This document shows positions 35,770 to 48,569 of a DNA stretch of 64,000 nt, piece by piece. A program made the translations under genes and the position numbers. The stretch is from Isurus oxyrinchus. Its lineage: Eukaryota. The notes under the pieces are model-generated. The model had not been told where the DNA came from. It saw nothing but the letters and a program-made list of their open reading frames with translations, and ran no database searches. The stretch is taken from contig JANJGN010000021.1 in NCBI GenBank assembly GCA_026770705.1, positions 96,844,001 through 96,908,000 of the forward strand, written 5' to 3'. The stretch's first letter is position 1. Every line of letters begins with the position of its first letter.

Positions 35770-38700
35770 CATTGGAACAGGAGTTAACCATTCAGTCCTT
35801 CATGCCTGCTCCACTGTGCAGTTTGATCCTAGCAGATCTGTATTTCAACTTGATTTATACATCTTTGTTCCATATTTTTTGATATTCTTATGTAGCAAAA
35901 ATCAATGGATCTCTGTGTTTAAAGTGAATGGCCCAGCTCTTATTCTGAGTAGCTCTTGCAGAGAGCCTGCATGGACATGACAGGCTGTATGGACTCTTTC
36001 TGTGCTGTAACCATTCTATGATTTATATCCACTTTTTTGGTGTCTAAAACATTGAATACTTTAACATTTTAAACCTCTCAATCAGATCACCCCATAAATC
36101 TACTAAACTCAAGGGATAATAAGTCAATTTATTCAAACTATCCTCTCACATTAATCCTTTTAGCCCTGGTTTCATCCTGGTCAACGTGCTCTCCCTCCAA
36201 GGCCAAGAAAGCTTTCCTCAGGTGCGGTGTCTAGAAATGAATACAGTTTTCCAGATGGGGTCTAACCATAGTTCTATCCAGCTGGAACATAAGTTCTACC
36301 CCTTTTTATTCCAAATCTTGATGAAATGCAACAATGAAGAGTACCCTGAATGTGGAAACGGGACTCCGTCTCCCAACAACTGTGTGGTGTTCACTCCTAC
36401 CAATGCTGTCATGGACGGATGCATCTGCAGCAGACAGATTAGTTTGGGCGAGGTCAAGTATGTTTTACCCTCACCACCTACTGCAGACCCAGTCGAGCAG
36501 CTGTGTCCTTTCGGACTCGGCCAGCAGTGATGTTACTGAACCACTTTTGGTGATAGACATTGAATACATTTTGCGCCTTTGCCATCCTCAGTGCTTCCTG
36601 ATTCATCAGCTGAGGGGGATGGTGTGATCAGCAGTAGGTTTCAGGACAGGACATGCTAAGGAATGGTGATGGTGGTGTCTGGACATTACCTGTAACATAT
36701 GATTTCATGAGTATAACTATGTCAGGCTCTTCCAATTTTGGCACTAAGCCCCAGATGTTAGTAAGGAGGATTTTGCAGGCTCAAGAGGGCTGAATTATTT
36801 GAGTGGCTGTTGTCATTTTTATTTTACAAGTCAATTCCAATAGGTCCATCCATTTTCATTCCTTGTAGGCTTCGTAGCAATTTGATACAACTGAGTGGCT
36901 TGCTAGGCCATTTCAGTATCAGGTCATTGCTGTGTATTTAGTCTGACGTGTAGGCCAAACCAGATAAGGGTATTTTTCCATGGTGGGATTCAAACCCGAA
37001 GCATTACCCCAAGTTTATGGATTACTAGCCCAGTGACAATACCACAATGCCACCATCTCCCCTCACTTATCAAGAGTCTATCTACCTCTGCCTCAAAAAT
37101 ATGAAATTGACGAAGCGAGTTCCAAAGACTCACGACCCTCTGAAAGACAGAAATTTTCCTCGTCCCAGTCTTAAATGGAGACCCCTTATTTTTAAACAGT
37201 GACCCCTCATTCTAGATCCTCCCACAAGAGGAAACTTCTTCTCCACATCCACCCTGTCAAGTCCCCACAAGATCTTATATGTTTCAATCAAGTTGACTCT
37301 TCTAAATTCCAGTGGATACAAGCCTCGCCTGTCCAGACTTTCCTCATAAGACAACATGCCCAATCCATCTTTCCTTAAGTAAAGAGACCAATACTGTACA
37401 CAGTACTCCAGATGTAGTCTCAAAATGCCCTGCATAACTGAAGCATAACCTCCCTGCTGTTAGATTCAATTCCTCTCACAATAAACAATAACATTCTAAA
37501 TGCTTTCCTGATTACTTGTACCTGCATACTAACCTTTTGCAATTCATGCACTAGAACACTCAGATCCCTCTGCATTTCAGCACTCTGCAGTTTCCCACAA
37601 ATTAGATAACATGCTTTTTTATTCTTCCTGCCAAAATGGATAATTTCACATTTTCCCACATTATACTCCATTGGCAGATGTTTGCAAACTCACCTCATCT
37701 ATCTATATCTTTTTGTAGCCCCCTGATGTCCTCTTCGCAATTTATTTTCCTACCTATCTTTCTGGACTCAATATTGACTCTAGATCATAGCTCTACCTCC
37801 ATCTTGTTCTATTTGTTTTTTTCTTGTATTTTGTTTTACTGTGTTGGCCCTGTCTTGTCCCTTTCTTTATCCTTTCATGTTACATTCAGATAGTTGCGAT
37901 GTAGCCATTCATGCCTCATTTGGAAATGCTTTTGCTTCTTTACTGTACTCACTGCCACTTTGTTTGGCTGTTGCATCATAAAACCTTTTGTTATTTAACC
38001 TCTCCTCCCTTCCACACCATCACAGCCCTTCCCTTTGTTTCTTTCTGCCCCTTGACCCATCTACTGGCTTAAAAACTCTTACATTTCCACCCTTTTTTCA
38101 GTCCTGATGAAAATACATCTTGACCTGAAACATTAACTTTGTTTTTCACAGAATCACAGAATCACACAGTGCAGAGGAGGCCCTTTGGCCCATCGTGTCT
38201 GCACCAACACATGAGAAACACCTGACCTATCTACCTAACCCCATTTACCAGCATGTGGCCCATAGCCTTGAGTGTTATGACGCCCCAAGTCATGCCACTT
38301 CACAGATACTGCCTGACCTCCTGAATATGTCCAGCATTTTTGTTTTTATTCCATGAACCTTGTTATTTAGTTTTTGTTTTGTCCACTAGCTTTTCATGAC
38401 TTCTGAACTTGGATATGAAAGTCTTAATGCTGTCACATTCCTGGCATCTCACTGTGTCAAACATACTCTGATCTATCTTTCTCAGTCCAAACACTTCCAC
38501 TTGAACTCCATCTGCCACAAATTTGTTTTACCCACTCACTGAATATATGAGTGCCCTTTTGCAACTTTTTTTCACCCATCCACACGTCAACTTACTGCCC
38601 CTCCTAATTTAGTGTCATCAGCAAAATGATAAATAACTCTCAATTCCTTCAACCAACTTGTTTACAAATGTAGTGAAGAGTTGCAATCCCTGGGGCAGCA

Positions 38701-39150
38701 CGGGTTGCATTCCACCAATCAGAATATTAGCCTGTTTATCCCCAATCTCTGTCTCCTACTTCACAAACTATTTTCAGACCAAAATCAGAAGATTACTCCA
38801 ATTCCATAAACCCTCATTTTCGCAAACAATCTCTTGTGTGGAATGGTAGCAAATGCCTTCTGGAAATCTTTGTGAATAATGTCCATCAACACTCCCTTAT
38901 CTTTCATGTCGTTTACCTCCATTTCAACTAAATTGATCAGACCTCAGTTACTTTTTACTCACCCATGGCTCCCTCTGATCAGCTAATTTTTATTCTTGTG
39001 CTCAGCCACTCTGTCATATCAGATTCTAATTGCTTCCTCAATCTGAACATTAAACTGATTCCCTATAACTACAACCTTTCTGTTCTGCTCCTCCTTTTCC
39101 ATGGTGCTTTGGTCACCTATCCAATAGCCTTCCTCCTTATCCCTGCAGGT
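35770..39150 (-). mobile_element. stack of CR1 fragments with a Penelope-like piece (37780-38350, +) and a nested CR1 tail (38152-38298)
   Basis: LEYCVQYWSLYLRKD and MEYNVGKCEIIHFG motifs. Hammerhead-like core at 38099-38138. TTCACAGA TSD around the nested tail. Confidence 0.7.
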
Positions 39151-39299
39151 AGCAAATAAAACATAACTGTTAGTCAGAACCAGACTCTGTGGTTCTCCCT
39201 TCCTAATCTCTATTAGATACCCTAATCTTGATAACTGTCAATTGACACTCCTCTTACTGAGCCTGAATATCTCTACTTGGTGTTAATGAGTCAGAAGTA

Positions 39300-39430
39300 A
39301 GCTAGACCCCTATCCCTCAGTATGTCAGTGGGTAGGTTACCACAGACCCCCTCCCTTAGTCTGTTAGTGGGAGGGTTACCCCAAACCCCTCTCCCTCAGT
39401 CTGTAAGTGGATGGGTTACCCCAGGTTCCT
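39300..39430. repeat. ~40-bp tandem repeat x3
   Basis: Repeated ccctcagtctgt(t/c)agtgggagggttaccccag unit. Confidence 0.7.
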
Positions 39431-39667
39431 CTTCCTATGGGGATTTATATTAAGTATTTGAGGAATTAGATGCTGTATTCAGTCACTCAGTGGGTGATTA
39501 TTCCCATTGGTCAGTATAGAGACAGGGAGCCTGAATGGGAGAGGGAGGAGTGGGCCACAGACTCAACCTATAGCAGATAGTGTTCAGTGTAATTGGGCCC
39601 ATGGCTTGGCCTATAACTGATGGTGTTCAGTGTGACTGGGTATTACTTACAGAGGTTGCTAACTTAC

Positions 39668-39817
39668 CTCTCTCTGTGGGGTTGGTTTTTTGAGGTTCAT
39701 GCCCTGATATCCCTCTCTCTGTGGGGTTGCTGTTTTGGGATTCATTCCCTGATGTCTCTTTTTGTGTGGGATTGGTATTTTGGGGCCCATGCCCTGATCT
39801 CCATCTCTGTGTTTCAG
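39668..39817. repeat. ~45-bp tandem repeat x3 ending at the alpha1 acceptor
   Basis: Repeated ctctctctgtggggttgg...catgccctgat unit. Confidence 0.7.
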
Positions 39818-40078
39818 GCTCTCACACTCTCTGGTATTGCTTTACATCAATGACCCCGATTCCCGGCATCCTGGAGTTTGTGATTGTTGGTTATGTGGAC
39901 GACATGGAGTTTGTTCTGTATGACAGCAATCAGAAGCAGATGATTCCTCGACAGCGCTGAATGGCGGAGAGCAAGCATCCCGAGTATTGGAAGCAGCAGA
40001 TACAGACCACATAGGCCTGGGAACAGGCTCTGGGAATCAGCATTCAGAACCTCTTGAGCAGGACCAACCAGACGGGCG
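39818..40078 (+). pseudogene. MHC-I exon 2, alpha1 domain
   Basis: GSHTLWYCFTSMTPIPGILEFVIVGYVDDMEFVLYDSNQKQMIPRQR*MAESKHPEYWKQQIQTT*AWEQALGISIQNLLSRTNQTG. Splice sites tttcag| and |gtgagt. Confidence 0.92.
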
Positions 40079-40189
40079 GTGAGTCCTCACCCTCCCACTG
40101 CACACAGCGCATCCCACAGGTCAGGTCCGGGAATGGGATGACAACCCGAGACTAGGAGAGCAGGGAGTTGGGATTAGGGGTGTAGGCTA

Positions 40190-43100
40190 TATAGAACCAT
40201 TGAGCCATAGAAAAGTTAAAGCACAGAAGGAGGCCATTCAGCCTATCTTGTCCATGCCAGCCCGAGGACACCCAGGTGCCCTTTCTAATCCCACCTTCCT
40301 GCACCCGGCCCATAGCCTTGCAGCTTACAGCACTTGAGGTGCAGATCCAGGTACTTTTTTGAAGAGTTTAGAGTTTCTGCCTCCACCACCAACTTGGGCA
40401 GCGAATTCCAGACACTCACTACCCTCTGCGCAAAAAAGTTCTTCCTCATGTCCCCCCTATACCTTCTGCCACTTATCTTGAATCTATATCCCCTGGTTCT
40501 AGAATTCTCCACCAAGGGAAATAATTTTATCCTGTCACACTCTATCTATTCAAACAAAGAAGAAAGAAAAATACAGAACAAAAACAAAAATACCTGGAAA
40601 AACTCAGCAGGTCTGGCAGCATCTGCAGAGAGGAGCACAGTTAACATTTTGAGTCCGAATGACCCTTCAACAGAACTAAGTAAAAATAGAAGAGAGGTGA
40701 AATATAAGCTGGTTTAAGGGGGGGGGGTGGCGGCGGGGGTAGGGTGGGGGGGGTGGGGTGGTGGCGCTGGGTGGGACAAGAAGATTTGGATAGAGGGCCA
40801 GTGATAGGTGGAGATAACCAAAAGATGTCACAGACAAAAAGACAAAGAGGTGTTGAAGATGGTGATATTATCTAAAGGAATGTGCTAATTAAGGGTGGAA
40901 AGCAGGACGAACAATGTACAGATAGCCCTAGAGGGGGTGGGGTGGGGGTGAAGGAATCAAAAAAGGCTGAAAGGTAGAGATAAAACAATGGGTGGAAATA
41001 CATTTAAATATAATGGAAGTAGGTGAGAAAAGAAAAATCTATATAAATTATTGGGAAAAAAAGTGGGGGGGGGGAAGGACAGCACAGGAACAGGCCCTTC
41101 AGCCCTCCAAGCCTGCGCCGATCATATTGCCCGTCAACTAAAACATTTTGCACTTCCGGGGTCCGTATGCCTCTATTCCCATCCTGTTCATGCATTAGTC
41201 AAGCTGCCCCTCAAATACCACTATCGTACCTGCTTCCACCACCTCCTCTGGCAGCGAATTCCAGACACTCACTGCTCTCTGCCTAAAAAATTTGCCCCGC
41301 ACATCTCCTCTATAGTTTTCTCCTCTCACCTTAAATCTATGTCCCCTCGTAATTGACTCTTCCACCCTGGGAAGAAGCTTCTGACTGTCTACTCTGTCCA
41401 TGCCACTCATAATTTTGTAAACTTCTATCAAGTCGCCCTTCAATCTCCGTCGCTCTAGTGAGAACAATCCGAGTTTCTCCAACCTCTCCTCATAGCTAAT
41501 AATCTCCAGACCAGGCAGCATCCTAGTAAACCTCCTCTGCACCCTCTCCAATGCCTCCATATCCTTCTGGTACTGTGGCAACCAGAATTGCAGGCAATAC
41601 TCCAAGTGTGGCCTAACCAAGGTTCTATACAGGTGCAGCATGACCTCCCAGCTTTTATACTCAATACCCCTGCCAATGAAGGCAAGCATGCCTTCCTGAC
41701 TACCTTATCCACCTACGTTGCCACTTTCAGTGACCTGTGGACCTATACACCCAGATCCCTCTGCCCATCAATGCACTTAAGGGTTCTGCCATTTATTGTA
41801 TAATTCCTGCCTGTATTAGACCTTCCAAAATGTATTACGTTGCATTTGTCCAGATTAAACTCCATCTGCCATTTCTCCACCCAGGTCTCCAACCGATCTA
41901 TATCCCATTGTATCCTTTGACAATCCTCTTCATTATCTGCAACTCCTCCAACCTTAGTGTCGTCTGCAAACTTATTAATTAGCCCAGTTACATTTTCCTC
42001 CAAATCATTTATGTATACTTCAAATAGCAAAGGTCCCAGCACTGATCCCTGCAGAACTCCACTAGTCACAGCTCTTCATTCAGAAAAGCACCCTTCCACT
42101 GCAACCCTATGTCTTCTATGACCAAGCCAACTCTGTATCTATCTTGCCAGCTCACCTCTGATCCCGTGCAACTTTACCTTGTGTACCAGTCTGCCATGAG
42201 GGACCTTGTCAAAGGCCTTCCTGAAATCCATCTATATAACATCCACTGCCCTTCCATTGTTGATCATCTTTGTCACTTCCCCGAAAAACTCGATCAAGTT
42301 AGTGAGACATGACCACCCCTTCACAAAACCATGCTGCCTCTCATTTGCTTCCAAATCCTGTCACGAAGAATCTTCTCCAATAATTTCCCTACCACTGACG
42401 TAAGGCTCACTGGCCTGTAATTTCCTGGATTATTCCTGCTCTCCTTCTTAAGCAATGGAACAACATTGGCCATTCTGCAGTCCTTTGGGACTTCACTCGT
42501 AGCCAGTGAGGATACAAAGATTTCTATCAAGGCACCAGCAATCTCCTCCCTTGCCTCCCTCAGTACTCTGGGGTAGATCTCATCTGGCCCTGGGGACTTA
42601 TCCACCTTAACATTCCTCAAGACGCCTAACACCTGCACTTTTTTGATCTCAACATGATCCAGGCTATCTACACATTCTTACCTAGACAAATCAACCGCTA
42701 GGTCCTTCTCTTTGGTGAATACTGATGAGAAGTATTCATTTAGTATCTCTCCCATTTCTTCTGGCTCCACACACAGATTCCCACTCTGTCCCTGAGTGGG
42801 CCTACCCTTTCCTTGGCAACCCTCTTGCTTTTTACAAATGTATAAAAGGCCTTGGGATTTTCCTTAATCCTGGTTGCCAGTGACTTTTCATGACCCCTTT
42901 TAGCCCTCCTGACTCCTTGCTTAAGTTTCTTCTTACTTTCTTTATATTCTCCACGAGCTTCATCTGTTCCCAGTCTTCTAGCCCTTACAAATGCTTCCCT
43001 TTTCTTTTTGACTAATGTCACAATATCCTTTGTTATCCATTCCTCATAATTTTGCACACTTCAATCAAGTTTCCTCTCTGCCTTCTTTGTACTAAGGAAA

Positions 43101-46070
43101 ATAACTCCAACCTATCCAATCTCTCCTCGTAGCTACACTTTTCTAACCCTGGCAATATTCTTGTAAACCTCTTCTGCACTCTCTCCAGAGCTATTACAAC
43201 CTTCCTGTAATGTGGTGACCAGAACTGCACACAATACTCCAGTTGTGGCCTCCCCAGTGTTTTATATAATTCCAATATTATATCCTTACTTTTATATTCT
43301 ATACCTCTGCCAATGAAGGAGCACATTCCATATGCCTTCATTACAACCTTGTCTACTTGAACTGCTGCCTTCAGGGATCTGTGTACTTGTATGCCAAGAT
43401 ATCTCACTTCATCTCCCCCTCTTAGTATATTCCCATTTATTGTGTAATCCCTATAACTGTTTGACCTCCCTAAATGTATGACCATACACTTCTCTATGTT
43501 AAAATCCATCTACACTTTACCACCCACTCCACTAACCCATCTATATCATTTTGGAGATTATGGCTATCCTGTACACTATCCGCTACCCAGCCAATCTTTG
43601 TGTCATCTGCAAATTTCCCAATCGTGTCCCCCCAGGTTCACGTCCAAATCGTTAATATACAACACAAACAGCAAGGGTCCCAACACCAAGCCCTGTGGAA
43701 CACCACTTGAGACAACTTTCCATTTGCAAGGACATTCATTGACCATTACCCTTTGTTTCCTGTTACAAATCCAACCTTTATCCAGTTTGCCATGTTACCC
43801 TAAATCCCATGGGCTTTTACTTTCCTGACCAATCTGCCATGTGGGACCTTGTCAAATGCCTTGCTAAAATCCATGTACTCAACATCCACTGCTCTACCTT
43901 CATCAACCCTTCTTGTCACTTCCTCAAAGAATTCAATCAAATTTGTGAGGCAAGGCTTTCCTTTAACAAATCCGTGCTGACCATCCCGGACTAGTCTGTG
44001 CCTTTCCATATGATAGTTAATCCTACATCTCAGGATTGATTCTCCTAATTTGCTCACCACCGATGTAAGACTAACTGGCCTATAATTGTTTGGTATTTCC
44101 TTTGAACCATTTTTAAACAATGGAACAACATTTGCAATTCTGTAGTCCTCCAGTACCTCCCCTGTATCTAGTGAAGATTGGACAATCATCCTCAGAGCAT
44201 GTCCCATCTCCTCCTTGACTTCTTTCAGCAGCCTCGGAAGCCCTGGTGACTTATCAACTTTCAAGGATTTCAACCCTTTGAGTACTTCTCTCTTTATGAC
44301 TATCCCATCCAATATCTCACAGTGTTCCTCCTGGACAACTATATCTACATCCTCCCTTTCCTTTGTAAACCCAGAGACAAAATATTCATTCAAAACCCTT
44401 CCCACAGCCGCTGCATCTACACACAAGTTTCCATCTTCATCTCTGATAGATCCCACTTTTTCCTTAACTAATCTTTTAGCATTAATGTATTGATAAAACA
44501 TCTTTGGGTTATCTTTAACTTTACTTGCTAATCTTTTTTCATGCTTATTTCCTTTTTTACTTCATCCCTGCACTTCCGATATTCGTCTAGGCTATCTGCA
44601 GTGCTTAGTTCTTTTGTGCCTATCGTACGCTTTCTTTTTCTGTTTGATCATCCCCTGTATTCCTCTAGACAACCAGGGGGTCTAGATTTGGCAGTACCAC
44701 TCTTATTTTTGTAGGGGACATGTCTTCTTTGTACATTTAGGATCTCACTTTTTAGTGCTTCCCACTGCTTTTCCACTGTTTTATCCTCCAACAGTGCCGA
44801 CCAGTCCACCTCAGCCAAGTCCCTTCTCATTTTTGCAATATTTGCCTTCCCCCAGTTCAAGACATTTACTCCTGCCTTATCTTTGTCCTTTTCCATGGTA
44901 ATGCTAAATCTAACTGAATTGTGATCACTGTCCCAGATACAGTTGCCAACTTTCACTTCACTCACTTGCCCTTCTTCATTCCCCAAGACTAGGTCTAGAA
45001 TTGCATCTCGTCTCATTGAGTTTGTCACTGATTGGTTGAAAAAAATTGCTTGGGCACACTACATGAATTTTTCTCCCTCAGTGCCCCTTATATTGTTTGA
45101 ATCCCAGTTGGTATTAGGATAGTTGAAGTCTCCTACTATTATTGCCCTCTTGTTCTTACAAGCAGAAGTTTGCCTACATACTTGTTCTTCTATCTCCCTT
45201 TCACTATTTGGGGGCCTGTAGTATACTCCCAGTAGTGTGACGACCCCTTTTTTATTTCTAAGCTCAATCCATAAAGCCTCATTTGTTGACCTAATTAGTA
45301 TATCATCTCTTCTCACACCTGGAATTGATTCTTTAATTATTAGTGCTAGCCCCCTCCTTTTTTATCTCCTTCTTTATCGTGTCTGAGACTGTATTACCAG
45401 GGATATTAAGCTGACAGTTTTGTCCCTCCTTTAGCCAGGTCTCCGTTATATCAATGACATCCTGCTGCCGTGTGTCTACCTGTGCCCTTAACTCATCTGC
45501 CTTGTTTGGAATCCTCCTTGCGTTGAAGTAAAAACAGTTTAACCCTGTCAATTTCCCTTGCTGGACACTTTTTAAACGTTGCTTCTCCTGTAACTCCATG
45601 TCTATCACAACGTCCCTAGCTAATGTTCTACCTCCATTTTTCTGATCTGAATCTGACCTATCTGATCCTACTCCTGGGATCCCAACCACCTGCCACACTA
45701 GTTTAAATATTCCCCAATAGAACTAGCAAAAGCCCCTGCAAGGACTCTGGTCCCAGCTCTGCCTGGGTGTAGCCTGTCCAGTTTGTACAGGTCCCACCTT
45801 CCCCAGAACCGGTCCCAGTGCCTGAAGAATTCATTTGGTCTATCATCTTATTTCTGTTCTCGCTTGCACGTGGAACTGGAAGTAATCTTGAGATTACTAC
45901 ATTTGAGGTCCTGCATTTTAATTTATCTCCTAACTTCCTGTACTCAGCTTGCAGGTCGTCATCCTTTAGTTTACCTATGTCATTAGTACCGTACCAATGT
46001 GTACCACGACCACTGACTGTTTACCTTCCCTCCACAGAATGTCCTGCAGCCACTCCATGACATCCAGGGA
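40190..46070 (-). mobile_element. CR1 LINE interrupted by a second CR1 (40552-43033), itself interrupted by a Penelope-like piece (40581-41078)
   Basis: RT and EN ORF remnants (43800-44501, 45059-45316, 41195-41689). Near-TSDs TATCTATTC/TATCCATTC and ACAGAACA/ACAGCACA. Confidence 0.8.
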
Positions 46071-46749
46071 CATGAAAGGGACTGGATCAGGGCCTGGAAA
46101 GAGCTGAAGAACCAGGAGAAGGGGACAGAGAGAGGGTTACCTGTACCCCAGGGAGTGAGGGTTAGGGAGATGGGGGCATGGTGTGGAAAGTGCTCCATGT
46201 TTTGGGGAGGGTGGGAAATGTCCCTTACACTGGGGACGGGGGTAGTTCTGAATCTGATTCCAGGGTGAACCACCCTCCCAGCGGTATGCCTATGGTGAGA
46301 GGCCTCACATTGACTGTTTCCACCTGGCTCACATGGTGGCTTCTTGACAAGTCTCGAGAGCCTAGCCCCCAGCTATATGTCCTTATTCCACCACCGCTCC
46401 CTCTGTGTCGCTCTGTTCCCCCTAGTGTCTCTCTTCCCCCCCCCCCCATCTTTCTTTTCCCACCATGTCTCTCTATTCTCCCAGTATTTCTCTAATCCCC
46501 CCCCCAACTTAGTTAACAGGGTCCAAGCCAGCTGGTGAAGTCAAAACTAAGACACAGGGCCTTTCCTTGCTGAAAGAGTGTATTGACTTTGTTCTGTGTC
46601 AACACTCCTCACCTCCACCTAATGTCCCAGCTATCCCTTGGTTATGTGTGCTCAGTTACCCATCCCCTGTTTTCCTTAATTGCTGTTAACAAACCTTAAC
46701 AATGAAAATTCACATCAACGGATCTTAACAATGTAATTTATAAGACATT

Positions 46750-47600
46750 GACACCCATGTCTCTCTATTCTCTCTGTGTCTTTCTGTTCCCCCCAGCAAC
46801 TCTCTATTCCCCCCTTGTATTGCTCTCTAATCCCCTCCCCGTGTCTCTCTATTCCTCTGTGTGTCTCTCTCTATCCCCCACTTGTTTAACTATTTTTCCC
46901 AGTGTCTCTTTATTCCTCCATGTCTCCCTACTTATCACGCCTGTGTCTCTATTCCCCCCGTGCCCCCCATTTCCCCCCGTACCTCCCTGTTTCCCCCGTG
47001 CCTCTCTGTTTCCCCCCACCGTGCCTCCCTGTTTCCCCCATGGCTCCCTGTTTCCCCCGTGTTTCCCTCGTGTTTCCCTGTTTCCCCCCATGTCTGCCTG
47101 TTTCCCCCTTGTTTCCCTGTTTCCCCCGTGTCTACCTGTTTCCCCGTGCCTGCCTATTTCTCCCCATGTCTCCTGTTTGCCCCATGTCTCCTGGTTTCCC
47201 CCATGTCTCCCTGCCCTGTCATCTTTCTCTGTTTCCACCCTCCACCGTCTCTCTGCTGACCCCCATCTCTCTGTTCCCCCTACATTGCTCTCTGTCCCCC
47301 TCCGTCTCTCTCTGTGCCCCCAACTCTCTGACACCCCTGTCTCTCCCAGCCCTCCTGAATCGCTCTGTTCCCCCATCTCTCTCTATTCCACCAACCTGTC
47401 TCTCTATTCCCCCGTCGCCTCTCTCTGTCCCCTTCCATCTCTCTCTGTCCCTCCATCTCTCTCTGTCTCCCACTGTCTGTCTGTCCTTCTCCCCCAATGT
47501 ATCTCTGCCCCCCATCTCTCTGTCCTTCCCCACCATGTCTCTGTCCTGCCACTGCCCCCCATGCCCCCCCTCCCACCCTGCCAATGTATCTTTGTCTCCT
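46750..47600. repeat. pyrimidine-rich minisatellite / low-complexity tract (~19-bp cctgtttcccccgtgtctc core)
   Basis: About 850 bp, almost purely C/T-skewed on +. It ends ~65 bp before the alpha2 acceptor. Confidence 0.85.
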
Positions 47601-47665
47601 CTGTGGAGGATGACTACTGTCCTTGTGAAGCAGGCTCTGGTTGACTGTGTGTGTTTGGTTGACAG

Positions 47666-47938
47666 GGATCCATACCTATCAGCTGATATACAGTTGTGAG
47701 ATGTGGGATAATGGGAGCACCAATGGATTTGAACAGTTCGGCTGGGATGGAAAGGATTATGTCAACTTCGACAAGGATCATATGATCTGGGTAACTCGTG
47801 TGACTTGGGGAGAGCTGAGCAAGAACAAGTGGGACCAGGCCCCAGGCTTCAACCAACATGTGAAACATTACTTGGAGCAGGAGTACATTGAGTCGCTGAA
47901 GAGATACCTGATGGAAGGAAAAAAGGAATTGAGACCTT
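47666..47938 (+). pseudogene. MHC-I exon 3, alpha2 domain
   Basis: GIHTYQLIYSCEMWDNGSTNGFEQFGWDGKDYVNFDKDHMIWVTRVTWGELSKNKWDQAPGFNQHVKHYLEQEYIESLKRYLMEGKKELRP. Second Cys is replaced by Tyr. Splice sites gacag| and |gtaagt. Confidence 0.92.
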
Positions 47939-48164
47939 GTAAGTGTGTGAAAGGGGATTGACAGTCAATAACTGGGGGTGGGTGGAACCGAGAACCAGCG
48001 AGTGAAGGGGATTGAGAGTCAGTGAGGGAGGAGGTGACTGAGGGTCTATTTTCTAATCCCCAATTGAAAAGGTCTTGTACAATTCCCTTGTGGTTTAAAC
48101 ACAATTTACAGATCTCTCACCATCTCACACAGACTTGGCTCTGATCTGTTTTACTCTCTCTCAA

Positions 48165-48440
48165 TCACTCCTCAAGTGTTTAGTCCTGTGGACAAGGCTT
48201 CATCCACTAAACTTACTCAGCTCTCCTGCCTCCTGATGAGATTTTACCCTTGTGATATCGAAATTACTCTGCTGAGAAATGGCGAGCCGATCACGGACAC
48301 ATATTCCACTGACATCCTGCCCATCCACAATGGCACCTACCAGCTCAGAAGATGGGCTCAGATCAAGATGGAGGACAGAGCCACTTATTCCTGTCAGTAT
48401 GAGTACAGCAGCAAAGAAGGAGTGGAGACCAGAGATTGGG
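48165..48440 (+). pseudogene. MHC-I exon 4, alpha3 Ig C1 domain
   Basis: TPQVFSP...LSCLLMRFYPCDIEITLLRNG...GTYQL...ATYSCQY...W. The acceptor is AA at 48163-48164; donor |gtaaga. Confidence 0.9.
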
Positions 48441-48569
48441 GTAAGAGGAACAGTGATTGCAGGGACAGTGTCTGTCAGTGAGGTTTGAAGATGTTTATAA
48501 TCACCTCTCCTCATTGCACCTTCCAAAATTAATCATCACACACTTTGTTACACTAAGCTTCATCGGTCA

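Noticed and set aside
38965-39159. MAPSDQLIFILVLSHS as an MHC leader candidate
   Set aside because: Lies in a decayed antisense CR1 and has no donor. The real leader is at 30512-30560.
40717-40775. Long G-tracts (also ~4000-4055, 30715-30748, 54276-54330, and a C-tract at 62967-63000) as functional G-quadruplexes
   Set aside because: Slippage expansions mostly within TE copies, with no evidence of function.
46748-47699. Several long Pro/Ser/Leu- or Gly/Arg-rich ORFs (up to 298 aa) on both strands
   Set aside because: Artefacts of a stop-poor C/T minisatellite inside MHC intron 2.
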